Positions 19,679 through 29,802 are shown, counted from the stretch's first letter. The stretch: 64,000 nucleotides of DNA from Candidatus Lindowbacteria bacterium RIFCSPLOWO2_12_FULL_62_27 (GCA_001784175.1 MFPR01000004.1:186001-250000), one strand, 5' to 3'. A program made the numbers and translations. The notes: a model not told the origin generated them from the sequence alone.

Positions 19679-20860
19679 ATGGCTCCATCGACGGGGAAGG
19701 ACCGGCTGAAAGTTTGCGTGATCCACGGCCGCGGCGCCACGCCGCGCCGGCCGAACGACCGGGAAGAGGGCGGGGATCTCGATACGATCAGCGCCAACGT
19801 ATTTTACGGCGTGTGGGCGACGGCCCTTCGGGCGCCTCACGAGTTCGCGTTCGTCCAGTATCACGACGGCCTCTTGCGGACGCTCTGGGAATTCGAAAAC
19901 ACCGATTTCTACATCCCCGACCTGCCGCTCGATACGATCCCGGACATCGAAGGCGACATCCGCGAGATCGGGCGGCGCGGCGGGCGGGTCGTCCATTATC
20001 TGGATCACCACCCATGGGCCGACTGGCAGCTCGATCTTTTGACGCGGCTGAAATCGGAGGGACTCGTCGAACGGTTCGCGATGGCCGGCGCGCGCAAAGG
20101 CGAACAACTGCCGAAAGCGGCCCAGGCCTGCGGCGCGGAACTGGTCTACGACGCCGTCATCCGCGGGCAGCCGTGGGAAACCGAGGGCCTCAAGGAACTG
20201 AGGCGGATCACGAGACTCCAGGATTTGAACATCGAAGACGACCCGATGGGCGAGAACCTTTCCAAACTCATCGGATACGGATACCCGAAACACGATCTGG
20301 TGACCGCGCTGGGCTCGATCCGCGAGCCGGAGGATTTGTCCCGAGTGTTCCGCGGGATGGGATGGGACCACTACGTGGCCGAGCACGACGAAAAATTGTC
20401 CCGGGTCCTGCCGAGACTCAAACGCAACCTGTGCGAGATCCGGTTCCGCGCCGGCGAGGACCCCACCGTCTGGACCATTGTCTGCTGCCTCGTGCCGAAG
20501 ACCTGGCCCGGCGAACAGCTCCCCAACGTCTCGGCGGCCATCCGGTATCTCAAACACGCGCTCGAGATGGATTATTTCTTCTATTGCTACGGATCGCGCG
20601 CCCTGACCACGCGCAAGGTGACGCACCAGCCCAGCGTGATCAATCTGGGCGCGATGATCGAGAAAATCTGCTCCCCGCGCGACGGCGGACACCCCGAAGC
20701 CGCGTCCGGCCGGCCGCCGGGAAACCCCTTCTTCCCGCACGACCGGCTCGCCTATATCACCGGCCGCAACTTCATCTGGTACTGCCGGTATCTGGCCCAG
20801 CGGCTTCGCCATGCGACGGGCGTTCAGATCGAATCGGTTCACCCGCTGCGGATTTACTGA
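19679..20860 (+). CDS. Divergent DHH-family phosphoesterase-like protein
   Basis: YIPDL, YLDHHPW, CGAEL, and C-terminal GGHPEAAS (DHHA1-like). Confidence 0.65.
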   Translation: MAPSTGKDRLKVCVIHGRGATPRRPNDREEGGDLDTISANVFYGVWATALRAPHEFAFVQYHDGLLRTLWEFENTDFYIPDLPLDTIPDIEGDIREIGRRGGRVVHYLDHHPWADWQLDLLTRLKSEGLVERFAMAGARKGEQLPKAAQACGAELVYDAVIRGQPWETEGLKELRRITRLQDLNIEDDPMGENLSKLIGYGYPKHDLVTALGSIREPEDLSRVFRGMGWDHYVAEHDEKLSRVLPRLKRNLCEIRFRAGEDPTVWTIVCCLVPKTWPGEQLPNVSAAIRYLKHALEMDYFFYCYGSRALTTRKVTHQPSVINLGAMIEKICSPRDGGHPEAASGRPPGNPFFPHDRLAYITGRNFIWYCRYLAQRLRHATGVQIESVHPLRIY

Positions 20861-22847
20861 AAAAACTTTTCACTTCGGCCAGACCCGCCGCCCGCCGGGC
20901 CGGCGGGAGCGATTTCAGGAAAACCTGGCCATAGGCCCGCGTCCGGATTCTCGGATCCAGGATTGCGACCACGCCGCGGTCGTCGATCCGGCGGATCAGC
21001 CGGCCGAATCCCTGCCGCAGCATCAACACGGCGCTCGGCAGCGTGTGCCGCGTGAACGGATCAAAGCCCGCCGACCGCAGATACTCCACGCGCGCCTCCT
21101 CCAGCGGGTGGCTCGGCAGCGCGAACGGCAGGCGCGTCACGATCACCAGCCGGAGCGCCTCCCCCGGCACGTCCACGCCCTGCCAGAAGGTGTCGGTGCC
21201 GATCAGGACGGCGGCGGGCGTCCGGCGGAATTCGTCGAGCATACCGAAGGATTTCGGCCCGCCCTGTTTGAAGAATTTATGGTCCGCCAGTTTTTCCGAC
21301 AGATGGCAGAAGAGCCGGTTCACCCAGTCATGGCTCGTGCAGAGAATGAAGACGCCGCCGCCGGCCAGCTCGATCAGGCGCCGGCATTGATCCTCCACTG
21401 CCTGATAATAGGCCGCGTCCTCGCCCGGGTCCGGCATCTCCTTCGGAAGATACAACAGGCACTGCCGCTCGTAATTGAACGGCGAGCCAAGTTCCACGCC
21501 CAGAATGCCGGACGCGCCGATCCGCGACTGCACAAATTCAAAATCGTTCTGAACGGTCAGCGTCGCCGACGTCAGAATCGCCGGCGGCGCGTCTTCGCGA
21601 AACAGCGTGGCTTTCAGCGCCCGCGACAAATCCAGCGGCGATGCCCTGAGCTGCACCCGCGTGCCGCGCGGGCGCGACTCGATTTCGATCCAGTACACGA
21701 GCTGCCGGTCCGACTGGGTCAGAAAAGATTCCAGCGTGGCCGCAAGTCCGGTCAGCCGGTCCGCGTAGGCCTTCATCTCCTGCTTGTCTTCCGGCGCCTC
21801 CAGCTTGTCCCGGCCTTCGCGAAGGTGGCCCGACAGATCGTCGAGCGGTTGCGTCAGGGTGTTGGGGATCGGTTCGGGCTTGCGGACCCGGAACGCGTTC
21901 GATCCCGGGGCCGTCTTGAAGGCCTCGATCAGCCGCTCGAAAAATTCGTCCGTCTTCCGGCGCAACTGCCGGACCTGATCCATCGCGGCGCGGCGCCAGG
22001 CGGTGGTCAAAGTCTCAAACCGGCGCGCCAGTCCCTTTTCGGTCGATGGATTGTAAATCTGATCGAGCTGCCACTTGATCGAAAAATTCGTCACGTTGAG
22101 GCCCAGGTGCGACGCCGCCACCTCCTCGATCGAATGCGCCTCGTCCAGAATCACCGCGTCATAGGCCGGCAGGACTTTTCCGCCCGACGCGAGATTGGCG
22201 AAAAACAGCGCGTGGTTCACCACCAGAAGGTCCGAACCCTTCAGGCGCGAATACGCCGCGTGGTGATAGCAGTCCTGGTAATACGGCGAATGCGACGCCA
22301 TGCAGTTGTCGCTCTCCCGGTGAATGTTCCGCCAGAGATCGTCCGGCGCGTCCGGCAGGTCCATCCGGAGGCCGCTCTGGCCTTTTTTGGCGGTATGCCC
22401 CTCGACAAAGGTTTTGAGGCGGCCGAGCGTCTCGACGGAATGGGCGCTCGCAAAGAGCGCGTTGGCGTCGCGGATCGACTGGTAGAACCTTCGAAGGCAC
22501 AGGTAATTTTCGCTGCCCATGAAAAGCGCAAACGAGATCGGAATGCTTTCCCGCACGAGCACCCGCGACAAAAACGGCAGGTCCTTTCGGACGAGCTGCT
22601 CCTGCAGAGCCTTGGTGTGCGTCGACACCAGAATGTGGAGGCCCTCCGCGTGGGCCGCAAGCGCCGCCGGCAAAAGATAGGCCAAGCTCTTGCCGACGCC
22701 GGTGCCGGCTTCGATGAGAAGCGGCTTCGACGCCGACAGCGCCTCCTCCACGGCCTCGGCCATCTCCAGTTGCGGCCGGCGGAATTCCAGACCGTCCCGA
22801 ACCAGCACGCCCTTCGGGCCCAGAAAGTCCTTGACCGACGCGCTCAT
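20772..22847 (-). CDS. ATP-dependent helicase, DinG/YoaA family
   Basis: EAGTGVGKSLAYL, NYLC, DEAH, TSATL, FWQGVDVPG, QGFGRLIR. Confidence 0.93.
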   Translation of the reverse strand: MSASVKDFLGPKGVLVRDGLEFRRPQLEMAEAVEEALSASKPLLIEAGTGVGKSLAYLLPAALAAHAEGLHILVSTHTKALQEQLVRKDLPFLSRVLVRESIPISFALFMGSENYLCLRRFYQSIRDANALFASAHSVETLGRLKTFVEGHTAKKGQSGLRMDLPDAPDDLWRNIHRESDNCMASHSPYYQDCYHHAAYSRLKGSDLLVVNHALFFANLASGGKVLPAYDAVILDEAHSIEEVAASHLGLNVTNFSIKWQLDQIYNPSTEKGLARRFETLTTAWRRAAMDQVRQLRRKTDEFFERLIEAFKTAPGSNAFRVRKPEPIPNTLTQPLDDLSGHLREGRDKLEAPEDKQEMKAYADRLTGLAATLESFLTQSDRQLVYWIEIESRPRGTRVQLRASPLDLSRALKATLFREDAPPAILTSATLTVQNDFEFVQSRIGASGILGVELGSPFNYERQCLLYLPKEMPDPGEDAAYYQAVEDQCRRLIELAGGGVFILCTSHDWVNRLFCHLSEKLADHKFFKQGGPKSFGMLDEFRRTPAAVLIGTDTFWQGVDVPGEALRLVIVTRLPFALPSHPLEEARVEYLRSAGFDPFTRHTLPSAVLMLRQGFGRLIRRIDDRGVVAILDPRIRTRAYGQVFLKSLPPARRAAGLAEVKSFFSKSAAGEPIRSERPSHGEAAGPDTGSTR

Positions 22848-22897
22848 ATTTGTCAGGGTACCAGCGGCTGATAATCCAGTAAAGGAGGAGACGACCC

Positions 22898-23197
22898 ATG
22901 GGAGTCAGAATTGCGGGGAAAAAGGACGTGCCGGAAGGCGGATGCATCGCCGTCGACACGCCGGACGGACGGGCGGTGGCGCTGTTTAATGTCGCCGGTC
23001 AAATTTACGCGCTCGACAACACCTGCCCCCACGCCGGCGGGCCGCTCGGCGAAGGATACCTCGAAGACAAAACCGTGACGTGCCCCTGGCACGGCTGGTC
23101 CTTCGACGTCACGACCGGAGAATGTCAGAACAATCCGGACGCGGCCGCCCAGTGTTTGAAAACGACCGTCCAGGGCGAGGATGTGCTGATCGACTAA
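22898..23197 (+). CDS. Rieske 2Fe-2S ferredoxin
   Basis: CPHAG...CPWHGW; AGGAGG SD. Confidence 0.92.
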   Translation: MGVRIAGKKDVPEGGCIAVDTPDGRAVALFNVAGQIYALDNTCPHAGGPLGEGYLEDKTVTCPWHGWSFDVTTGECQNNPDAAAQCLKTTVQGEDVLID

Positions 23198-25185
23198 TCC
23201 CGGAACCGCCGCCACCGCGCGGCGTGCGTGCGCGGCTTGCCCGGCAACAGCGCCGGCACCGAGTACGCCTGCAAGACGCCGTCGCCGAAGGCGAGCAGTT
23301 GATAGTGGCATCCCGGCCGGAGCTTGTGGATGTACCAGTTGCCGGAGGAGGCCGCGCAGGGGACCTGCCGCTCGAAGACAGGCGGGGTGAGACACCGCAC
23401 CCGCAGGTCCGTCACGCGGCCCTTCAGGGTCTTGAAATCCCACCACACGAAGGCGAGGAAGGGACTGATCGGTTTGACCCCCAGCTCCTCCGCCGTTTCG
23501 CGGCGGATCAGCCGCTCCGCGGCCCCAAGTGCCGGCGTCTCCGGAACGATTCTTTTCCTCGGTCTGACCAGCGGCGCGCGGCGCGCGGCCAGCCACGGTT
23601 TCGCCGTGAGCCACGGAAACAGATTGTCGTCGGCTTCGAGCGATTCGAGCATCGCCGCCGAGACGCCGCCGTGCCGCAACGCGCGCAAAATTCCCCAGAA
23701 CCGCGTCAGAAATTTGTCCACCTTCTCATGCGCGTACGGCCGGATGCCCTGCGACGTCGTCGCGATGAACGGCCAGTCCGAACTTTGCGCCAGCAATAGT
23801 TCCCGGCCCATCTGCGCGAGCGCCCGGCGCTCCAGGTCCGACCGGCCGAATTCGCGGACCGCGCGCAGGTGCGCCGCGCCCGCCTTCGTCAGCTTCGATA
23901 CCATCTGGTCGTTCGTGCCGTTCAGCCAGACTCTGTAGTACCCGCCGTCGCCCCAGCTCGACGCCGCCGGCGTCGCCACGTGCCGCACCGGCTCGCGGCG
24001 CAGCCGGTCGGAGGGCGTCGAAAACCGGAACGGGAGCCGCATCTCGTGCGCCTTGCGGAAAATGTATTCGATGAATTTCGGGCCTTCATGCCACCAGTGG
24101 CCGAACAGCTCGGCGTCGTACGGCGCGACAATCACCGGCGTCTCGCCGCGGATGGCCGAAAGCAGCCCGTACGACTGCGCGGTCCGCTTTCGGAGAAAAT
24201 GCGTCGCATGGTACGCGGACCGCCGGAGCGCCATCCACGGCGCGTAGGGGCTTTTCCGCGCCGAGGACTTGCTCGTCACGCGAAAATACTTCAGCCCGAT
24301 GGGAATTCGGCCCGTCCGGTCCGGCCGAAACGGCCGGATTTGTTCCGCGTCCAGAAAATGACCCGCGTCCTTGTGATGCTCCGCATACCACGCGTCCCCC
24401 GGATACCCCTCGGTCGCGCTCCACACCTGCTTCGATGTCTCCGGGTCCCGGCCGAACACCGCCACGCCCGCGGGCGTGCGGATCGGCGCGTGGACTCCGT
24501 GCGGCGGGCGCGGACCGGCGCCCGTGATGCCGTGCGTGTCGAGGAAAAAATACCGGACACCCGAATCGGCCAGCCATTCATCGACGCCCGGCAGGCCGTC
24601 GTGCGCGGGCATGTAGGCGCACTCCGCCAGCCACATCCCCGCGGGCAGCCGGCCGAAAAATTTCCGGTGCGACTCGGCGCCCACCCGCACCTGCGCCCCC
24701 GCGCAGGCCGGCAGGTCCTGCAGGTGCGGGAGAAACCCGTGGGTGGCGGGCGTCGTGATGACTTCGATCCGGCCGGCGTCCTGCCAGTGGCGGAATCCGC
24801 GCGCGAGGTTCGAATCGAACCGCCGGTACACGTCGAGCGCCTGGCGGACATGATAATAAAAATGCGTGGCCGCGGCCTGAAACGGCCCGCCCTCCGTCCG
24901 CTCCCGCTCCCTGTCCGTCAGCACCGCCAGCCGCTTGAGGTGCCGCTCCAGACGCTCATTGAGAAGCCGGTCGCAAAACATCCCCAGAAGCGGCGCCGAA
25001 ATCGATACCGTCATCCGAAACGGCACGCCGTCCTGCTCCAACCGCTCAAACGCCGCCAACAGCGGCGCGTATACCTCCCAGCACGCCTCATAAAACCACC
25101 ACTCAAACCCGTGCTCCTCCACCTCCGGATGACGCACGTAGGGCAGGTGCGCATGAAGGACAAGACAGAGGTCGACCTGTCTCAT
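23194..25185 (-). CDS. GH57 1,4-alpha-glucan branching enzyme with C-terminal extension
   Basis: HAHLPYVRHPE, WLAEC, PYDAELFGHWW.EG, RELLLAQSSDW. Confidence 0.92.
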   Translation of the reverse strand: MRQVDLCLVLHAHLPYVRHPEVEEHGFEWWFYEACWEVYAPLLAAFERLEQDGVPFRMTVSISAPLLGMFCDRLLNERLERHLKRLAVLTDRERERTEGGPFQAAATHFYYHVRQALDVYRRFDSNLARGFRHWQDAGRIEVITTPATHGFLPHLQDLPACAGAQVRVGAESHRKFFGRLPAGMWLAECAYMPAHDGLPGVDEWLADSGVRYFFLDTHGITGAGPRPPHGVHAPIRTPAGVAVFGRDPETSKQVWSATEGYPGDAWYAEHHKDAGHFLDAEQIRPFRPDRTGRIPIGLKYFRVTSKSSARKSPYAPWMALRRSAYHATHFLRKRTAQSYGLLSAIRGETPVIVAPYDAELFGHWWHEGPKFIEYIFRKAHEMRLPFRFSTPSDRLRREPVRHVATPAASSWGDGGYYRVWLNGTNDQMVSKLTKAGAAHLRAVREFGRSDLERRALAQMGRELLLAQSSDWPFIATTSQGIRPYAHEKVDKFLTRFWGILRALRHGGVSAAMLESLEADDNLFPWLTAKPWLAARRAPLVRPRKRIVPETPALGAAERLIRRETAEELGVKPISPFLAFVWWDFKTLKGRVTDLRVRCLTPPVFERQVPCAASSGNWYIHKLRPGCHYQLLAFGDGVLQAYSVPALLPGKPRTHAARWRRFRD

Positions 25186-25994
25186 ACCGAGGCCTTCCGG
25201 TACCCATGGCTGAACGCCGGATCGTACAGTTTCGACCTCGTATGCTTCGCGCGATGGCCGCGCTCCCGCACGGCCTCGCCGACCAGGATCAGCGCGGTCT
25301 TCGTTATTTTTTCGCGCCGCAACGTTTCTTCAAGCTCGTCCAGCTTGCACCGCACGATCCGCTCGTCCGGCCACGTCACGCGCGCGGCGATCGCCACCGG
25401 GGTCTCGGGCGGATAGCCGCCCTCCAGAAGATCGCGCTGGACGTCTTTGCCCAGCGCGGCGGACAGAAACAGCGCGATGACGGCGCGGTGCCGCGCCAGC
25501 TCGCGCAGTTGTTCGTTCTCCGGCATGGGCGTTCGGCCGGCCGCGCGCGTGAGGATGATGGTCTGGCAGATTTCCGGCAGCGTCAGTTCCTGCCCGAGCG
25601 CGGCGGCCGCGGCGGTCACGGAACTGACGCCCGGCACCGTCTCCAGACGGATGCCCTCCTTCGCCAGCGCCTCTGACTGTTCCGCCGACGCGCCGAAAAT
25701 CGTCGGATCCCCGGAGGCCAGCCGCACCACCCGCTTGCCGGCGCGCGCCGCCTTCGCGATCACCTCGACGATCTGCTCGAGCGTCATCTTCGCGCTGTCA
25801 TGCTTCTCCGCATCGGCCGGCGCCATGTCGAGGACGGCGGGAGGGATGAGAGACCCCGCGTAAACCACGACATCGGCCTCTGACAACAGCCGCCGCCCCC
25901 GCAGAGTGATCAGCTCGGGATCGCCGGGACCGGCGCCCACCAGATAAACCGGAGATTTTAGATTTTCGATTTTAGATTTTCGATTTGAGTTCAT
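25182..25994 (-). CDS. cobM: Precorrin-4 / cobalt-precorrin-4 C11-methyltransferase
   Basis: GAGPGDPELIT, YAGSL, SGDP, ELTLPEICQTIILTR, SKLYDPAFSHGYR; ATGA overlap with the lpxK stop. Confidence 0.92.
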   Translation of the reverse strand: MNSNRKSKIENLKSPVYLVGAGPGDPELITLRGRRLLSEADVVVYAGSLIPPAVLDMAPADAEKHDSAKMTLEQIVEVIAKAARAGKRVVRLASGDPTIFGASAEQSEALAKEGIRLETVPGVSSVTAAAAALGQELTLPEICQTIILTRAAGRTPMPENEQLRELARHRAVIALFLSAALGKDVQRDLLEGGYPPETPVAIAARVTWPDERIVRCKLDELEETLRREKITKTALILVGEAVRERGHRAKHTRSKLYDPAFSHGYRKASV

Positions 25995-26920
25995 TTGGCC
26001 ATCGCCGCCTCGATCCGCTCCCAAAACAGTGTCTCGTTCGTTAAAAACTTGATGCCCGCACGGACAACATAAATCGGCGGGAGGTCCAACGCAAGCGGTT
26101 TGAGTTTGACGTGGTCCTTCGAGGTCGTCACGATCGCGCCGCATCCCCGGCTCGATTCAAACAGCTTCGCCTGAACATCCCCGCGCCGGTAGTCAACGTG
26201 ATCCGCAAACCGCAGCGTCCGATACGCGCCGGACAAGTACCGGCCCACATGCTCAAAAAAATCTGTTTCCGGCCCCAGACCTCCAACCACGAGTATATGT
26301 TTCTCGGATTTCAAATCCAAAATCCCGAGAATCTCTTTCACAAAATACACCGTATCCAAATCCGCACGCGGCGACCGCTCGCCATTCGGGACCAGCAGAA
26401 TCTCCGCCTCGCGCTCCGCGCTCCGAAAATCACGCAACACCGCACCTCGCTTCGGCCAGATCAGTATCCGCAAATCCTGATGAAGCCGGTGATGCTGAAA
26501 CGCGTCGTCCACCAGGATCACATCGAGGGCCGGCGCGGCCTCGATCAGCCGCCGCGCCGCCGCCGTCTTGTCCCGCCCACTCGCCACCGCAAAGCGTTCT
26601 GCGTAGCCGGCCGCCTCGTCTCCTACGCCGGCCGGATCCGCCGCCACGCCATCGACCAGAACATGCGGCCCGGCCAACGCCCCATACGACCGGCACACAA
26701 TCCCAACCTTCTTACCATCGGCCATCAACTTCTCTGCAATCCGACTGACCACAAGAGTCTTCCCACTCCCACCAAAAGAGAGATTGCCAACCCCAATAAC
26801 TGGCACATCCAAGCGCGTCTTGCGTAACATATTTAATTTATATAGATTACGATGAATCGCGGCGCCGGCTTTATACATAAGCTCTAATGGACAAAAGAGA
26901 TATGAACTATCCGCGCACAA
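25991..26920 (-). CDS. lpxK: Tetraacyldisaccharide 4'-kinase
   Basis: VGNLSFGGSGKT, GDE, DDAFQH, FADH, TTSKDHVK. Confidence 0.85.
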   Translation of the reverse strand: MCADSSYLFCPLELMYKAGAAIHRNLYKLNMLRKTRLDVPVIGVGNLSFGGSGKTLVVSRIAEKLMADGKKVGIVCRSYGALAGPHVLVDGVAADPAGVGDEAAGYAERFAVASGRDKTAAARRLIEAAPALDVILVDDAFQHHRLHQDLRILIWPKRGAVLRDFRSAEREAEILLVPNGERSPRADLDTVYFVKEILGILDLKSEKHILVVGGLGPETDFFEHVGRYLSGAYRTLRFADHVDYRRGDVQAKLFESSRGCGAIVTTSKDHVKLKPLALDLPPIYVVRAGIKFLTNETLFWERIEAAMAK

Positions 26921-26952
26921 AGGAGCGCCTCTCCATATATATATAGAGGGGC

Positions 26953-27140
26953 CTGACCTCCCTCATTCCCCCGAACGTATGAAAATATTGAACAAACCCC
27001 CTTTTATCCACGAAGGGACACGAAGCTGACACGAAGGGAATCGAGATATTCAATACGTTATAAAAGTTTTTCTTCGTGCTCCTTCGTGTCCCTTCGTGGA
27101 TAAACGATTTTTTCACGCGTTCGGGGGATAAAGGGGGGTC
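26953..27140. repeat. Nested palindromic repeats (outer CCCCCGAACG/CGTTCGGGGG; inner CACGAAG/CTTCGTG periodic)
   Basis: Inverted repeats visible; related halves at ~40241-40286 and ~46921-46955. Confidence 0.75.
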
Positions 27141-27154
27141 TTTCTCTGTTTCCA

Positions 27155-27742
27155 TCATCTGTCTCCCACCATCGCCCGGTACGGGTCTCTGACGGTCCGT
27201 ATCAGAAACCGGCTCAGCCGCTCAGCCCACGTCGGATTTTCAAGAAGAGTCTTTTGATCGGCCCGAAGCGTCTCCGGCTGATGATGCGCCCGCAGTTTGG
27301 CGGCGGCGGCCAAGTCCACCCGCCGGAAGGTTTCGTAGAGCCACTCGCCTTCAAGGAAGGCCGCGCCAAAATCCAGGATCACCGGCCGATCGCCGGCGAC
27401 CAGAATGTTCGCGCGCTTTTTAAGATCGGAATGGACCACGCCGCGGCTGTGAATGTCGAAGATCACGCGGTCCAGCTCGTCCAGAAAACCAACCGTGACC
27501 TGCCCTCTCCGAAACTCCGACAGCGGCCGGCCCTCCACCGCCTCGAGAAGCAACCCTTCTTCGCTGTATCCCAGGCTCTCCGCAATTCCCTGCACACCCT
27601 TCAGCCGCTGATACACCTTCCACTCCCGCCAAAGAAACCGCCGGCTGATGGGTTTCCAAACGCCGCCACGCGGCGACTTGAGCACGCACGCCCGGCCCTC
27701 ATGAATCACCGGCCGCACCACGGCCTGCGTTCCGGACCTCAT
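27155..27742 (-). CDS. Small RIO/Kdo-kinase-like protein kinase
   Basis: VLK, HSDLKKRANIL, LDFG. Confidence 0.75.
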   Translation of the reverse strand: MRSGTQAVVRPVIHEGRACVLKSPRGGVWKPISRRFLWREWKVYQRLKGVQGIAESLGYSEEGLLLEAVEGRPLSEFRRGQVTVGFLDELDRVIFDIHSRGVVHSDLKKRANILVAGDRPVILDFGAAFLEGEWLYETFRRVDLAAAAKLRAHHQPETLRADQKTLLENPTWAERLSRFLIRTVRDPYRAMVGDR

Positions 27743-27752
27743 CGACCCACGC

Positions 27753-28076
27753 CTATCTGAGCGCCGAGTCGATCTCGGCCTTCAACCGCTCCTTGCTCAC
27801 GGCGCCGATCACCTGCCCGGCAATCTGGCCGTTCTTGAAGATGAGCAGGGTCGGGATGGACCGTATCCCGAACTGAACGGCGGTCTCGTTGTTGTCGTCC
27901 ACGTTCACCTTGCAGAATTTCACCTTCCCCGCGTACTCCTTCGACAGCTCCTCCACCATCGGCGCGATCATCCGGCAGGGCCCGCACCACACGGCCCAAA
28001 AATCGACGAGCACCGGCGTATTCGATTTCGTCACCTCCGCCTCAAACGTGGCGTCGGTAATCTCCGTCACTGCCAT
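27753..28076 (-). CDS. trxA: Thioredoxin
   Basis: DFWAVWCGPC, SIPTL. Confidence 0.97.
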   Translation of the reverse strand: MAVTEITDATFEAEVTKSNTPVLVDFWAVWCGPCRMIAPMVEELSKEYAGKVKFCKVNVDDNNETAVQFGIRSIPTLLIFKNGQIAGQVIGAVSKERLKAEIDSALR

Positions 28077-28112
28077 GCGAATAAACCTCCTGATGGGATA
28101 TTGAAGAGGAGA

Positions 28113-28622
28113 CTAACAGGCCTTCCCGGGCGGGTCAACGCGGCCCTGCTCCGACTCCATGGCCTCGATCGTCTTCAGCGTCGCTTCCAGAATGGGCAGG
28201 GCCGCACGGTCCTTCGGACGGTTGGCCTTTTTCTTCGAATCGATGATGCTGGAAAGCGACGCCACCATCACGCTGATGTTGGATTCAACCTCGATGCGCC
28301 GGGACCGTGAACGGATTTGCTCGAGCGTTTTGCCGCCCATGGTAAACATGAAATCGATGTCCAAGTCCGGGCCGCTCAGCCGGATGATGTCGCTGGCCGG
28401 CAAAAACGGCTGCGAACAGGCGGCGCCGAGTTCTTTGGCCACCGCCTTTATTTTTTTGATATTGAGCGGAGTTTCCCGCACCAGGAAATCCACGTCCACG
28501 GTCGTCACCGGCGCCCCCTGCAGCGCCGCGCCCGCGTTGCCCACCAGGACGGCCTCCAGGCGATGTTTCTGAAACGCCCGGCAAATCCGGCCGAGAAGTC
28601 GCGCGTCCGGCGTGGAAGCCAC
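28113..28622 (-). CDS. Nucleotidyltransferase-fold protein (putative TA component)
   Basis: VLVGNAGAALQG...TVDVDF; C-terminal K..ANRPKD; GTG start just after the upstream stop. Confidence 0.75.
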   Translation of the reverse strand: MASTPDARLLGRICRAFQKHRLEAVLVGNAGAALQGAPVTTVDVDFLVRETPLNIKKIKAVAKELGAACSQPFLPASDIIRLSGPDLDIDFMFTMGGKTLEQIRSRSRRIEVESNISVMVASLSSIIDSKKKANRPKDRAALPILEATLKTIEAMESEQGRVDPPGKAC

Positions 28623-28624
28623 GA

Positions 28625-28999
28625 TCAGAGGGAATATCCCAAGGACGGTGTCCGACGCAGCAGGAATCTTCTCTGCGACACCGGACGGTGGATATGGGTC
28701 AGAATCATATGAAGATCGTGGGGATCGACGTCCGCCAGCCGGCGGCGCAGGGCCGGATACTGCGCGTCCACCTCCGCCAGCCACCCCAGCGCCGGCGGGT
28801 ACTTCGGCGCCGCCACCTCCACGCGGAGCGCCTTGAGAAGCCGGTCGATTTTCCGAAGGCCCACCTGCGGCGACCGGCCCTTCTTCCGCAGAAACCTCGA
28901 CAGGTTCCCCTTGTCGATCCCGCACTCGCGCGCGACCGCCGACAAAGATTTCCCGGACACCAGAAAGGCCCGGGCCAGGACGTCCCGCAGATTTTCCAT
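28625..28999 (-). CDS. HTH protein, partner of the nucleotidyltransferase
   Basis: SLSAVARECGIDKGNLSRFL; promoter TTGACG-17-TACAAT upstream. Confidence 0.7.
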   Translation of the reverse strand: MENLRDVLARAFLVSGKSLSAVARECGIDKGNLSRFLRKKGRSPQVGLRKIDRLLKALRVEVAAPKYPPALGWLAEVDAQYPALRRRLADVDPHDLHMILTHIHRPVSQRRFLLRRTPSLGYSL

Positions 29000-29039
29000 G
29001 CTGTTGTGTATTGTACAACTTATACTGGAACCCGTCAAA

Positions 29040-29220
29040 TGGGAAGAAGACAGAAGACAGAAGACAGGAGACAGAAGAAAACCGACCCACGTGAACGTAC
29101 ACATGCACATGCCCGAGAAGACGGCTCCCGATGATGTGCGCCGACGCCATCCCGGCCTCCATCTGATTTTCCGGTTTTCTGTGTTTCTTCTGTCTCCTGT
29201 CTTCTGTCTTCTGTCTTCTC
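29040..29220 (+). mobile_element. Internally deleted four-helix-bundle element (both ends plus the last codons of the gene)
   Basis: Left (GACAGAA)n arm and right CCGACGCCATCC..TGATTTTCCGG..(TTCTGTC)n arm match 31252-31733. Confidence 0.75.
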
Positions 29221-29282
29221 TCCACGGTCCACGGTCCATCGCTCTTGCGGGCGCCATCGCTCTCAGGGATAATAGTCGGGAC

Positions 29283-29802
29283 ATGTATTACGAGGCGCTC
29301 TTTCAGCGGCTGAATGGACACCGGGTAAAGTATCTGGTCTGCGGCGGCGTGGCCGTGAATCTCCACGGAGTCCCGCGATACACCAAGGACACCGACCTCC
29401 TGGCCGATTTGGGGCCGAAGAACCTCGGGCGACTCTGGGATGCGTTGATCTCCCTCGGATACAAACCGGTCCGGCCCGTCACGAGGGCGCAGTTTACGGC
29501 CAAGGACGCTGTCCGGTGGCTCAGGGAGGAAAAGAACGCGGGGGTGTTCAGTTTCGTCATTCCGGACCATCCGTTCTCGCTGGTGGATGTCCTGCTGGAG
29601 TCGCCGGTCCAGTTTCAGGATGCGAGGAAGAATTTCAAGAAAGCCTGGATTGGCGACCTGATGATTCCCTTCATTTCGATGCCGGATCTGATTAAAATGA
29701 AAAAAAAAAGCGGGGCGCAACCAGGATGTATCCGACATCCGGGCGCTCCGGAAGGCGGCGAAGTATGTCCAGAAACTCCAAAAAATCCGCCCGGCGCCCT
29801 GA
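29283..29802 (+). pseudogene. Nucleotidyltransferase with a one-base frameshift in an A10 tract
   Basis: GGVAVNLHG.PRYTKDTD. Removing one A at 29700-29709 restores MKKKAGRNQDVSD, ending at TGA 29802. Confidence 0.75.

Noticed and set aside
2391-22871. Long antisense or alternate-frame ORFs (e.g. 2391-4247, 14089-15393, 17322-19337, 20811-22871)
   Set aside because: Shadow ORFs of well-supported genes in GC-rich DNA, with no recognisable motifs.
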